Shown here: piece by piece, positions 12,152 through 24,984 of the stretch
How the letters are laid out: the number at the start of each line of letters is the position of its first letter
How positions within the stretch are numbered: position 1 is the stretch's first letter
Source of the DNA: Strigamia acuminata
Lineage: Eukaryota
NCBI GenBank assembly: GCA_949358305.1
Contig: OX442314.1
Span: 25,792,001 to 25,856,000 of the forward strand
Length of the DNA stretch: 64,000 nt
Direction: 5' to 3'
Notes under the pieces: generated by a model
The model's input: only the letters and a program-made list of their open reading frames with translations
What the model was told of the DNA's origin: nothing
Database searches by the model: none
Made by a program: the position numbers and the translations under genes

Positions 12152-12582
12152 ATTTGAATTGGAGAAGATATTTACTACGGACATGTGTAGTACTACTTGT
12201 AATTTTTGTCGCTTTAAGCGTTCCGCATTTCGGCAATATATTGTCATTAATAGGCGGTTCATCAGTAACGATGCTCCCATTCATTTTCCCATCATTATTC
12301 TACTTGAGATTATGCGGTCAGAAACATACAAACTGGCCTCCAATGTAAGAAATTTATGACGACAGATAAGTGCGGTGTTTCATTAAAACTTTATGAATTA
12401 TTTTCAGACCTGTGTCTTTGCACGAAAGAGTGTATTTATGGGAGTTGATCGCGATTGGTGTATTAGGGGGTATTGCGGCAACCTGGAGTGCCATTAAATC
12501 CATTGTTGAGTCATCGACATTCACTCAGCCATGCTATGTTAATCCCAATTTACAGTGTTACCTTGACCCTAAAGATTGTTAA
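12152..12582 (+). CDS. Last two coding exons (12152-12344, 12408-12582) of a host amino-acid transporter (Aa_trans / SLC32-36-38 / AVT-like)
   Basis: LRTCVVLLVIFVALSVPHFGNILSLIGGSSVTMLPFIFPSLFYLRL and ELIAIGVLGGIAATWSAI are typical C-terminal TM helices of this family; phase-compatible GT-AG 63-nt intron; stop 12580-82; AATAAA ~12667. Confidence 0.88.
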
Positions 12583-14635
12583 TAGCAAATTATCCATAAG
12601 GTATAAATTATTGACTTAACACAACTAATTAACGAATTTAAAATCGAATTCAGTGTACCGAGCATAAATAAATATCCAAATTACGTGAATAATTGAAAAT
12701 CCTGACCTTTTTCATTGAAAAACTTGCCAACTCAGGTAAGAATCAAATATATTTATAGTCAATGCTGTGCGATGTTCACGCAGGCGCCATGTTGTTTGGA
12801 TGCGGCCGGGCATCGGGCGAGACGGCGTAGTCAGATAATTCTGTTAAAGTTCGTAATGAAAATTACATCAGAGTGTTATGACGGTCACGTATGCTTCCCT
12901 TCGATATAACGACAATTACACCAACAGATGGCGCTGATGTCAATAAGCAGCAAATTCGAATAGAATTTGCTACTTGATATGAATTCACATAAAACGCAAC
13001 TTTTATGTGATTTCAAAGCAATAGGAACAAGTTTATCTTTATTTATGGAAAAAAGTATAGATATAAAACTATTGGTGACAACTCTTGCCAAGTTATCACC
13101 AAAACTAGGTTTAGGGATTAACTCCCCCTTGCACCTGCTCCAAGCTCGGACCCCCGCGGATTAAGTTAAAAGACTTAATCCAAAAGTGTTCCTCGCTATC
13201 CAGTTCCTGTCCCGACCTAGCAGAGAGCTATATTGACCACCTGGACTGAATATGTGTCCTGAGTATCCCATCACCTTGACCAGTGATTGGAGGGATTCAG
13301 GGGACCACTGCTCTCATTGAAGCAATGGTCAAGCTATTGTCCACCCCGAGTATAAACTTCCTCGCAACAGGAAGTCACTCGCTCTTGTCCTGAATATTGA
13401 TACATATGAATTACTTGAGCCTTTCTACTACTTCGGTTGTCATGTTGATTGCGCAGTCAATGCCCCTTATACTGCGGGCCTATGACAACCTACATACGGC
13501 GTACACTTGACGTGGAGATGGGTGTTATGATGCCTCCATGTCCGGGTGCCCGATGACGGCCGTGTGGCCGCGAGGAGATTGTGTCCGGCGATGGGTGATG
13601 AATACCGTCGGGCACTTTATTCAATCCACAGTGTTCCTCAATGCATGCGAGATGTAGTAAGCCACGGCTGCCGAACAGCGTGTCGAAAATACATCAACTT
13701 AGGGTTGAAATGACTAAACTTGAAAAAGTCTAACCAAAGTAAATCCCCAACTGGTTTATGTCATAACTTACCATTATGCATAAACATGGATACTTCTACA
13801 AGAATTACCAAGACTGAAGACTAGCTACATGTAACATTTACCTCACCAGTAAATGTGTAACTAAATTGCCAACTTTATGTAAGCTGAATTATTACGAGTA
13901 TTTACTGAAAAGTAATACTCTAATAAATGCATCATTACACGTACCAGAACCACAACAGTTATGATTGTAAACTCGCAACAGTTTACTCTCATATGAAGAA
14001 CCATTTGACTTATCACAACCGATTATAAATGTCGCAAAACATTTATAAGAGGTCAATTGGTAAATGGCTCTCGCAAGCCATTTAAACCAATAACCGCCCC
14101 AAGTTTGTGGCGATGCAGATAACGTCAACCGCAAATACTCGGATACTAACCCCTTCATTATAGATTCGAACCAGGACCAAACAATCAACCGATTCAGACG
14201 ACATCTTACCAGGACGAAGCCGATTGATATTATTATAGCGCCGCACAGGCAACTATATGTATAGTTTAATCGAGAATTCCTTTGGCCAATTGTCGGCATA
14301 GTTATTGTGTAACTATATTTTATGCGAATTGATTAATATAATCACTTTACGGTGATTATATTTACATATCAATAAAGATGTTATGATTTGATAACCAAAT
14401 GCCTTCTTATTTTACCCAGTTCACACCTTTAGGTTGGTAAGCCTTTTCTCAACACAGACAGATAGACTTGCTTGTTATGCTTAATTTAAGCGGAGAGCGT
14501 CATCGTCACAGTGTGAAATCGTTTTATTAAGTTTAACAGACAGTTAAAATACCGTTTCAATTATCCCACTACGGATGACGATGCACGAAGTCACACTGTT
14601 CAGCGATGGCCGTCGAGTTGGGACAAGAAAGTAGT

Positions 14636-14851
14636 AACACTACTTTTCTATTTTTTGAGTAAAAAGGCCAATTTTATCATTACACTTGGTGAATAGGCTG
14701 CTGGACATGTGACATGTGACATCATGAATAGTGAATTATGAATTGTGAATTATGAGTAGTTATGATGTCACATGTCACATGTCCAGCAGCCTATTCACCA
14801 AGTGTAATGATAAAATTGGCCTTTTTACTCAAAAAATAAAAAATTAGTGTT
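14636..14851. repeat. Foldback inverted repeat (MITE-like), ~91-bp arms, ~34-bp spacer
   Basis: AACACTAC...TGTGACATCAT is near-perfectly reverse-complemented by ATGATGTCACA...TAGTGTT. Confidence 0.85.
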
Positions 14852-15372
14852 TCAACACACAGTAAAGAATTCTGTGTGTTGTAAACGTTTGTAACAATGT
14901 GAGAGAGAGATGCATTTAAATAAAAAAATATTGACTGTTCAGATAATAACAATACTTTTTTTTTAAATTAAACAATTGTGGATGTGGATTACACACACCT
15001 GTGGTCTCCATATCCTTTTCGCGGATTGGCTTCCGTGAAATCCGCATTTCGGGGGCGACTATTCTGGGGATTCCGGGTGGACCAAACTCTTCCGGAAAAC
15101 GTCCGGGGTGGTGTTGGGAGTGTCAATAGACTGTTTTGTGTCAAGGTTGTCAATTTTCATGTGAGTATTGGAAGGTTCATTTCTGCACATTCTCATGTAT
15201 TTTTTTTCACAGGAGCGACAAGGAGCGATGAAGCGGGATCGAGCGAGAGTGGGTAAAATAAACTGGTTTACGTCTCCAATGCGCGTTCAAGATGGAATAC
15301 GAACTCGGAATCGACTCCAACACGCGTTCGCGTGACATACGGACGCATTCACGACCCAGATCAAAAAATGAT

Positions 15373-18047
15373 CTCGTATTCGACTCGTTTTCGAGTCGAA
15401 TGCGAGTTTTGCCCTTCTTCAACGCGAAATCGTATTCGACTCGTTTTCGAGTCGAATACGAGTTTTGCCCTTCTTCAACGAGAAATCGTATTCGACTCGT
15501 TTTCGAGTCGAGTACGAGTTTTGCCCTTCTTCAACGCGAAATCGTATTCGACTCGTTTTCGAGTCGAATACGAGTTTTGCCCTTCTTCAACGAGAAATCG
15601 TATTCGACTCGTTTTCGAGTCGAGTACGAGTTTTGCCCTTCTTCAACGCGAAATCGTATTCGACTCGTTTTCGAGTCGAATGCGAATTTTGCCCTTCTTC
15701 AACGCAAAATCGTATTCGACTCGTTTTCGAGTCGAATACGAGTTTTGCCCTTCTTCAACGAGAAATCGTATTCGACTCGTTTTCGAGTCGAGTACGAGTT
15801 TTGCCCTTCTTCAACGCGAAATCGTATTCGACTCGTTTTCGAGTCGAATACGAGTTTTGCCCTTCTTCAACGCGAAATCGTATTCGACTCGTTTTCGAGT
15901 CGAATACGAGATAGTCGATGACCCGTTCCCGGACTTTGACTCGTACGACTCGTATTCGAGATGTATTCGAGATGTATTCGAATCGTATTCGAGTCGCATT
16001 CGAGATGGTCGATGATTTCCACTCGCTCGTATACGCGTTGTATACGAGCTCGTATTTTGATCGTAATCGTAAACGAATCGTTTACAAGTCGTATACGAGT
16101 TGTATACGACGTGTATACACCTCGTATACGAACGAAGTTTGTGAAAACACAATTTCCAAATAAGACGTATGTGACTACTATGTGTTTTCATGTCGTAGTA
16201 AGTATCCGGTGGATTTTCCAAACTTCGTTCGTATACGAGGTGTATACACGTCGTATACAACTCGTATACGACTTGTAAACGATTCGTTTACGATTACGAT
16301 CAAAATACGAGCTCGTATACAACGCGTATACGAGCGAGTGGAAATCATCGACCATCTCGAATACGACTCGAATTCGATTCGTATTCGATTCGAATACGAT
16401 TCGAATTCGATTCGTAACAACTCGAATACGAATCAAAGCCCGGGAAACAAAAATCGACCATCTCGTATACGATTCGAAAACGAGTCGAATACGATTTCGC
16501 GTTGAAGAAGGGCAAAATTCGTATTCGACTCGTTTTCGAGTCGTATTCGAATCGAATACGAATCGAATTCGAGTCGTATTCGAGATGGTCGATGATTTCC
16601 ACTCGCTCGTATACGCGTTGTATACGAGCTCGTATTTTGATCGTAATCGTAAACGAATCGTTTACAAGTCGTATACGAGTTGTATACGACGTGTATACAC
16701 CTCGTATACGAACGAAGTTTGTGAAAACACAATTTCCAAATAAGACGTATGTGACTACTATGTGTTTTCATGTCGTAGTAAGTATCCGGTGGATTTTCCA
16801 AACTTCGTTCGTATACGAGGTGTATACACGTCGTATACAACTCGTATACGACTTGTAAACGATTCGTTTACGATTACGATCAAAATACGAGCTCGTATAC
16901 AACGCGTATACGAGCGAGTGGAAATCATCGACCATCTCGAATACGACTCGAATTCGATTCGTATTCGATTCGAATACGATTCGAATTCGATTCGTAACAA
17001 CTCGAATACGAATCAAAGCCCGGGAAACAAAAATCGACCATCTCGTATACGATTCGAAAACGAGTCGAATACGATTTCGCGTTGAAGAAGGGCAAAATTC
17101 GTATTCGACTCGTTTTCGAGTCGTATTCGAATCGAATACGAATCGAATTCGAGTCGTATTCGAGATGGTCGATGATTTCCACTCGCTCGTATACGCGTTG
17201 TATACGAGCTCGTATTTTGATCGTAATCGTAAACGAATCGTTTACAAGTCGTATACGAGTTGTATACGACGTGTATACACCTCGTATACGAACGAAGTTT
17301 GTGAAAACACAATTTCCAAATAAGACGAGTCGAATACGATTTCGCGTTGAAGAAGGGCAAAACTCGTATTTGACTCGAAAACGAGTCGAATACGATTTCG
17401 CGTTGAAGAAGGGCAAAACTCGTATTTGACTCGAAAACGAGTCGAATACGATTTCGCGTTGAAGAAGGGCAAAACTCGCATTCGACTCGAAAACGAGTCG
17501 AATACGATTTCGCGTTGAAGAAGGGCAAAACTCGTATTCGACTCGAAAACGAGTCGAATACGATTTCGCGTTGAAGAAGGGCAAAATTCGCATTCGACTC
17601 GAAAACGAGTCGAATACGATTTCGCGTTGAAGAAGGGCAAAACTCGCATTCGACTCGAAAACGAGTCGAATACGATTTCGCGTTGAAGAAGGGCAAAACT
17701 CGCATTCGACTCGAAAACGAGTCGAATACGATTTCGCGTTGAAGAAGGGCAAAATTCGCATTCGACTCGAAAACGAGTCGAATACGATTTCGCGTTGAAG
17801 AAGGGCAAAACTCGTATTCGACTCTTAAACGAGTCGAATACGATTTCGCGTTGAAGAAGGGCAAAACTCGTATTCGACTCGAAAACGAGTCGAATACGAT
17901 TTCGCGTTGAAGAAGGGCAAAACTCGTATTCGACTCGAAAACGAGTCGAATACGATTTCGCGTTGAAGAAGGGCAAAATTCGTACTCGACTAGAAAGCGA
18001 GTCGAATACGATTTCGCGTTGAAAAAGGGAAAAACTCGTACGCGATT
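15373..18047. repeat. 56-bp hairpin satellite arranged as two opposed arrays around nested palindromes (copy A)
   Basis: Unit CGCGAAATCGTATTCGACTCGTTTTCGAGTCGAATACGAGTTTTGCCCTTCTTCAA; forward ~15373-15911, reverse ~17325-18047; central palindromic module with a 580-bp period. Confidence 0.95.
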
Positions 18048-18053
18048 CAGTGA

Positions 18054-18662
18054 AACTAAATTTACATGTGCGCGTTGACGCGCGCGATTCGTGTGTTCTA
18101 CGTGAGTAAATAGAGTGCGCGTCACATATGAATACGAAATGTCGACCATGCGTCGCCACGATGCCAGTGGACGAATTCTGCGAATTCGTGCAAACGCAGA
18201 AAGTTAAAAATATTCAAATTTGACGCCCACGATGACACGTTCGTAGTAGACGCCTCCACAACTGCTTTTGAAAAGAATTTGATAAATGTTTGGAAATAAT
18301 ATTTAGGATTTTCTTTAATCATATCAGGAAACTGAAAACAGAAATAAAGTTTATACATTGGAAATTTTTTATAATAAAATTACGTATTAAACATTATATA
18401 GCGTGAGAATGGACACTTTGATATGAAAGCGAATATTTTCGAAATTAAAACAATTATTTTCAAAGTTAAAACGACTATTTTCGAGTATTGTTAATTCAAA
18501 ACGACGTGCAGCATGGGAATAAAAAAAATTAATTGAGACGCGCTTATGACACGCGCTGCACAGCCTCACGAATCCTAGAGGCATCCTTCCACAACTATAC
18601 GCGTGGGCCCTGACGCGGTCGTCTAGACGAGCGCATCTGGACGCGCACATATGAATGCAGCT
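18054..18662. mobile_element. MITE-like cassette 1 (degenerate TIRs); copy B at ~28387-28978
   Basis: AACTAAATTTACATGTGCGCGT...ACGCGCACATATGAATGCAGCT; internally homologous to cassette 2. Confidence 0.6.
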
Positions 18663-19402
18663 TTACGCGATCACATTGCGACGCAAAGTCGTCCACGACT
18701 CCAATATGCATCCGCGCGTAGTCGCGCTGCAATACGGAATGCGCTCACGACTCCAATGCACGGTTTTTGGGCGTTTTTGGGCGTTTATTAAACATTTTTT
18801 GACGTTATTACGTGTGATCGCGCGTATATTTTGTTGACGAGAAAGAAAAAAAAAATTCCTCAAAAGCCGGACCAAGGTTTCGATACAGTACGCTAATTTA
18901 TCTTTTATTTTTGCAATGTGTGCGCGTCCAATACAAGCATAAAACTAGCGCGAGAATACCGCGATGGACGACCGATCGCAACTGCTGTTCCGCATGGCGT
19001 TTGTCCATCTCCCGACCTGGAAGGAGAGAAAAATAGAACGCCAATTCGGTCTCAGTCCTGCCAACGGGACCCGACAGTCAGTGGCTAAAAAGCACACCAG
19101 ACAACAGGTGATACACGAAATCAACGACAGGTGTCCCAAACTTTTCACACAATCATGATTGTTCCACAAAGCCGAACCGAACACGACAAATAATTTAACA
19201 AACAAACAGTAATAACAACGATGTTAAACCACTTGTTTGATGATGAAATTGTACGACAACTACTATTTATTTATTTAATTAAAACATAACAACACACGAA
19301 AGAAGAAATAAAGAAAAAGAAAAAAATAAAATAAAATAAAATAAAATAAAATGAAATAAAATAAAATAAAATAAAATAAAATAAAAAATTCGAATGATCT
19401 GT

Positions 19403-20531
19403 CTAGTCGACATTGTCATCGTCATCATCTTCACCATCGTCACTATCACCATCGTCACTATCACCATCGTCACCATCACCATCGTCACTATTAACATCGT
19501 CACCGTCGTCGTCATCATCAATTACCCTCTGAAAAGAAAGAAAAAATAAGAGAAACAATCAAAAAAGGTGGATGTGCACCAAAAATGTTTACCGGTTGGC
19601 AGACCCGTTGCTGAAACTTGTACAGCGATTCGACAGACTTGATCGAAGTCAACGCCATCAAATCGACACACTGAAAATTATCAAACAAAAATGAATGTAC
19701 ATGAAAGGTCGAAAAGTGGTCGCGCGCGTCATCGTGCGTTTTATTCTTACCTTGCCAGACAATTTCTTTAACACGGATTCCACCGTGTCCGCCGCAATAG
19801 ACGATAAAAGAATGCCACCATCGCGCGTTTTCTCGGCGACCGGTTCGACATCATCCCGCTCCCGCTGCTCCCGTTCCCCTGATCTCGCCTCCGCCACCTC
19901 CACTTCGCCCATAGCCACTTCAACTTCCGCTTCCACTCCATCCACGTCCATCTCTCTATCCTCCTCGGTTATCTCCACCTCCACTTCCATATCATACACA
20001 TCTGTATCGACCCAGTCCAGGTCGCTTTCCATCTGCTTCAACTTCTTCTCCATTGATCTCAACCGACCTATCATCTCCTTCCTGCCACGCCACCTCCAAC
20101 CCATGTACTCTTCGATCCTCTCAATTCGTTTGGTTGTCCCCGTGAATCTCTTTGCTAGAGTCCACGCGATCTCCCTGGCTTTTTTCGCCGCCCCCGCCAC
20201 CGTCTTTTTCTCGCGCTGCGGCGGTGGCAGCAGTGGCGACGCCTCTCCTCGACACGACTTGAAAGAGAGAAAAAAGACAAACGGATAAAAAAAAAACGGA
20301 TGAACAAATAAATAGATTGATGACAAATAAAGCAAACGAACGAATCAGTACCTCGTTAACTTGCGCCGGGTCTTCCATCTCCCCATCACCCACTAAACAA
20401 GCGCGTTTAGATGGAATAGGATCTATTTTTGACGGCGTGTCGGTCAATGGCACAGCGGACGACAAATTCGATGTAGTCGTCGTTTCCTCTTCCCCATCCC
20501 CTCCAATCTCTCTGTTTTTCTCCGTAGCAAC
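19403..20531 (-). CDS. Cargo gene (copy A): 4+ exon coiled-coil protein with acidic tail
   Basis: Reverse-complement counterpart of 30205-31340; splice sites and frame conserved. Confidence 0.65.
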
Positions 20532-20548
20532 CTGTAAAAAAAGAAAAG

Positions 20549-20579
<31 letters not shown>

Positions 20580-21126
20580 GTGAGGAAGATGGAGGTTATA
20601 TAAATGAATAAAACCTGAACAAAGGAAAACGAATGGGACGTAAACTCAGTTTCGATCTCTGTTAACGACGGACGAAACGTCCAATGGACGTTAGTCACAC
20701 GCATCACCTCGCTCACTCGCTCACTCATTCACTCATTCGCTCACTCACTCACTCGGGACTGTACGTTTGACAAAAATTCGTGATAAAAATTACCCCAATT
20801 ACATTAAAATCTTCTATCAATTGTGGTACTAAGGCGTCCATGATGTTGGGTGGTTAGTTCTGCATCCAGGAGGCATAGACAAGACCAATCACGACTCTGC
20901 TCATTGTTGGCCAATCAAATCGCTTCGTACGATGGCGCCAAATTCGATTGTTGGACTGCTTTCTATCGTGTTTTAGAGATTTTTGAGAGAAATCTTACGA
21001 CGAGAAAACTCTTCTCTTTTTTTTTCATGGAAAGACACACGGGTTAACCACCAAAAATATTTATTTATTTATTTACGTGTGTTTTGTAGACGACGCGTCT
21101 TCTATCGCGTGACACACGCGTGTAAA

Positions 21127-21792
21127 AGCTAAGTTCACATGTGCGCGTTGACGCGCGCGTTTCGCGCGTTCGACATGTGAATGCAAAACGTTGACCATAC
21201 GTCGCCGCGCGCGTCGCCGCGCCGCAAGTGGACGAATTTCCCGAAATCGCGCGAACGCCGAAAGTTGAAAATATTCAACTTTGACGCGCGCGACCACTCG
21301 TTGCCACCTTTGTTTTCCAGTGAAATCATTGATTTTTACATTGAAAACAGTCACATTCTATTGAAATGAATTGTTTTCACGTCAAAACAATACACGAAAA
21401 ACAATACAAGAAAAAAAAGAGTTCATAAACAAATACAATCGTTTCGACGGTGCGCGTGGAAATTACATGCCGCTCAATGCTCGCCTGCTGCGGCCGGGGA
21501 GATTGCAATTTCCCGTCGAGCAAGCAAACACAAAAACCCACCAAATTTTCAACTTTTCCCATTTTAAAAAACAATTAAATATTCTTTAAATTAATAATCA
21601 ACAATAAAATACCAAAAAAATCAATTCTTAAGCAACTTAACAATTTTTGTTTTTGTGCTGCATGGGAACCAAAAAATTGGTTGACGCGAGCTTGTGACAT
21701 GCGCTGCACAGCCTCGCAAATCCTAAGTGCGTCCTCAGCCATACGCGTCGGCCTTGACGCGCGCGTTTAGACGCGCACATGTGAACTTAGCT
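21127..21792. mobile_element. MITE-like cassette 2 with 22-bp perfect TIR; copy B at 28980-29618
   Basis: AGCTAAGTTCACATGTGCGCGT...ACGCGCACATGTGAACTTAGCT, flanked AAA/TAA (PIF/Harbinger-like, tentative); non-coding. Confidence 0.75.
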
Positions 21793-21876
21793 TAAATACG
21801 TGGGAACGGGCTACACGCACGCTCGAATATGATGCGCGCGTCGGCAAACAATATTATCTCGTGATCGCGCGTCGTG

Positions 21877-22100
21877 AACCTACCGGGCGGATGTGACGCG
21901 TGAATAACCCCAGGATCAAGTTTCACGAAAACCTGATTTCGAAGAAAAAAACAACATACCGGTCAGATGTGACGCGTGGATAACCCCAGGGTCAGGTTTC
22001 ACGAAAACCTGATTTCGAGGAAAAAATAACCTACCAGACGGATGTGACGCATGGATAACCCCAGGATCAGGTTTCACGAAAACCTGATTTCAAGGAAAAA
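21877..22100 (+). repeat. 3x 75-76-bp tandem repeat with internal hairpin (also ~32169-32395)
   Basis: Units start 21877, 21953, 22028; each contains ATCAGGTTT-CACG-AAAACCTGAT or a variant. Confidence 0.9.
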
Positions 22101-24299
22101 ACGAAAAGACGCACAAAGACTACAGGATAAAAATGATACGTAGAGAGAAGAAAATAGAAATTGATTCCCCGATTCGTGAAATTAATTTCACATCGTGTAC
22201 TCCAACCATTAATTGCATTGTCGTATTAGGTGTTGTGTGAAACGAAGATCGTAAACGTTTCGATCGGTTTACGATTTAAATTTCATCTCTCGGTGCGCGT
22301 CGCATCGTCGTAAATGACGCGAATTCATATCACCGCGTTCGCCAGATTCACGAGCACTTCCAAACCGTTCGTTTCGGACCTTCGCGGGAATCCGGAGGGT
22401 TTCGGTGTCTGGTCTCATGTCCCAGACTCGCTGCGTTGCGCAGTCACCGGCCAACCAAATGTGTCGGTTGGTTAGACGCGTCGCAATGAATAGGGGCAGC
22501 CATGGATGTGTGTTAAAAAATAAACAATAGTTGGCTGCTGCGGATAACCTCGACCACTCGTCTCAATCGTTCGTTCGCTCAACCGACAGGGGCGCACCAC
22601 TGCAGATTTAAATTTTCAGATTTCAATGGGAGACCTTGTCTCACACAAGGTACGGAATCTCCTTTGTGCCATCCTCGATTCAATCGTTAAAGACAGCATG
22701 CTCCTCGACCAGGACTGACTAATAGAATCAACTGACATTTTACCCACCGCGTTTGATCGCGCGCGTGCTTTTCTTCTCCCTGCCCATCCGTCCGCTTGTT
22801 TATTCTATCGTTTGGGCGATGTTGCGGAACAAAACGTCTACCTTTTTTATCGCCTTTACACGACCTTTCTTTATTACCCTCCTTCTTGGAATGTGCGTGG
22901 CCCCTAGCAATTACGTAACCAAACAGGGTGCTCACGTTGTTCTCTCTTTTGGTCTAGATAATCCCATTTTCTCCACCGCCACTCAAACACGCCCACATAA
23001 AAAATCCAAAGATTTGTTTATTTTATTTTATTTTTCTATTTAACAAAACAGACAAACAAAACAAATCGAAAATTAGAGAGAAAATCTGAATAAAAATTGA
23101 ATAAAGATTGAAACAAAAATTGAATAAAAATCGAATGAAAATTGTAATAGAAATTGAATAAAAAAATTGGAGTAAAAATTGGAATGAAAATAGAAAAAAA
23201 TCGACAAATCCAACGACGCATTCGGGGCTCCTCCATCTCCATCTCCCTGCACGCCACCGTGGTCGATTCCGCCACCGTGGTCGATTCCGCCACCATACCG
23301 ACCGCCAAGGCAATCGTCCAAAAACGAGTTTAGGTCCTCCAACATAAACGCGAAGCGGATGGCCGCGACAATCCGTCCGACCAAATCCGCGCGCGATGCC
23401 ACTGCCTCTACACCGGCGGTCTCGGCGCAAGACAGTTGGTAGAAGAAGAGCGAAATAAAAAATTAACATTTGAATTAATAATTGGTCAAGACGCTGGGCC
23501 AGTCACTTCGGTCGCGCGCGTAGTAACAACGCGCCGGGTACACGCGTCTAGCCGAGGTCTTCTGTTTACCCATTTGGAAAGAAAGAGAAAATGAATAAAC
23601 GTAATTTAATGAGAAGCAAATACTTGTAGATGCAAATAAAACGTAGGGGAGAGGGGGGGGGGGGGAGGGGAAGAAAAACCCAAACCAAACAAAACCAAAC
23701 AGAGTTTGAAACTGCACGGATAGTTTTAGAGCGGTGTGATTAAGTCTGTCTCGACGTGCCAAAAATGCCAAAACAATGACAAAGTATGTGTTAAATGAAT
23801 GCTGCTTCTTTCTTTGTTTGTTTCTTCATTCGTCTGTTCGTTGTGTGAAAATAAAACAAATTGGTCGATTACACACGTCGAGTTTGGTCCAGAAAACCCA
23901 CACAACGCAATGAAGACCACCTCGCATGCTTGTTAAAAATTAAAAAGTGATGGCGATGCACGGGGTCTCCCGCCCGTGCGCGTGTGCACATGCTAATGTA
24001 ATGTACGCACGCGCACGGGCGGGCGGTCGAGTGAATGCGTGAATCGTCTCTCCACTCGCTCGTTTGTTTGAAAATAGACACTTGCACTACTTACAGTACC
24101 AAAATCCCTCCCCCCACCTATTCACGTTGTCGCAGTTACGTCAAGGTATCACGACGCGCAACAAAAAAAAAAGAAAGATTTTTATCTATTGCGCCACACT
24201 CCATTTCGTGAAACACGCGTGTGTATCGATACGTTCGAGCGTTTTATCTGCAAGGTGAGAAAATAGTCGGTTTCCCCGACCACCATATTTTAATTTAGC

Positions 24300-24323
24300 C
24301 GACTGACTGACTGACTGACTGAC

Positions 24324-24363
<40 letters not shown>

Positions 24364-24370
24364 GGATAGA
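24300..24370 (+). repeat. Compound (GACT)n(GATA)n microsatellite (also ~34634-34703)
   Basis: Directly visible; unit counts differ between copies. Confidence 0.95.
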
Positions 24371-24417
24371 CAGGGAAACAAACAAACGACTAAACAGGCG
24401 GTCGGGGATAAACGAGT

Positions 24418-24617
24418 NNNNNNNNNNNNNNNNNNNNNNNNNNNNNNNNNNNNNNNNNNNNNNNNNNNNNNNNNNNNNNNNNNNNNNNNNNNNNNNNNNN
24501 NNNNNNNNNNNNNNNNNNNNNNNNNNNNNNNNNNNNNNNNNNNNNNNNNNNNNNNNNNNNNNNNNNNNNNNNNNNNNNNNNNNNNNNNNNNNNNNNNNNN
24601 NNNNNNNNNNNNNNNNN
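24418..24617. other. Assembly gap (200 N)
   Basis: Run of N; true size unknown. Confidence 1.
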
Positions 24618-24984
24618 AACCTTAACCTTTTCGCGGATTGGCTTCCGCGAAATCCGCATTTCGGGGGCGACTATTCTGGGGATTCCGGGTGGACCAAACT
24701 CTTCCGGAAAACGTCCGGGGTGGTGTTGGGAGTGTCAATAGACTGTTTTGTGTCAAGGTTGTCAATTTTCATGTGAGTATTGGAAGGTTCATTTCTGCAC
24801 ATTCTCATGTATTTTTTTTCACAGGAGCGACAAGGAGCGATGAAGCGGGATCGAGCGAGAGTGGGTAAAATAAACTGGTTTACGTCTCCAATGCGCGTTC
24901 AAGATGGAATACGAACTCGGAATCGACTCCAACACGCCTTCGCGTGACATACGGACGCATTCACGACCCAGATCAAAAAATGAT

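Larger units (their letters stand above)
15014..24417 (+). mobile_element. Giant piggyBac-like element, copy A (left 9.4 kb, truncated by the gap)
   Basis: Starts ATAT|CCTTTTCGCGGATTGG; near-identical to 24626-34751 apart from repeat counts, indels and one inversion; similarity begins exactly at CCTTTT. Confidence 0.75.

Noticed and set aside
13130..13690. Degenerate TE or LINE fragment (GC-richer patch)
   Set aside because: No frame with convincing motifs; cannot be supported by eye.
18964..19158. 64-aa ORF as a cargo gene
   Set aside because: Copy B has TGG>TGA; no motifs.
23215..23580. Small minus-strand gene (also ~33505-33925)
   Set aside because: Copies differ by a 1-nt indel and a 60-bp deletion; the coding frame cannot be determined.
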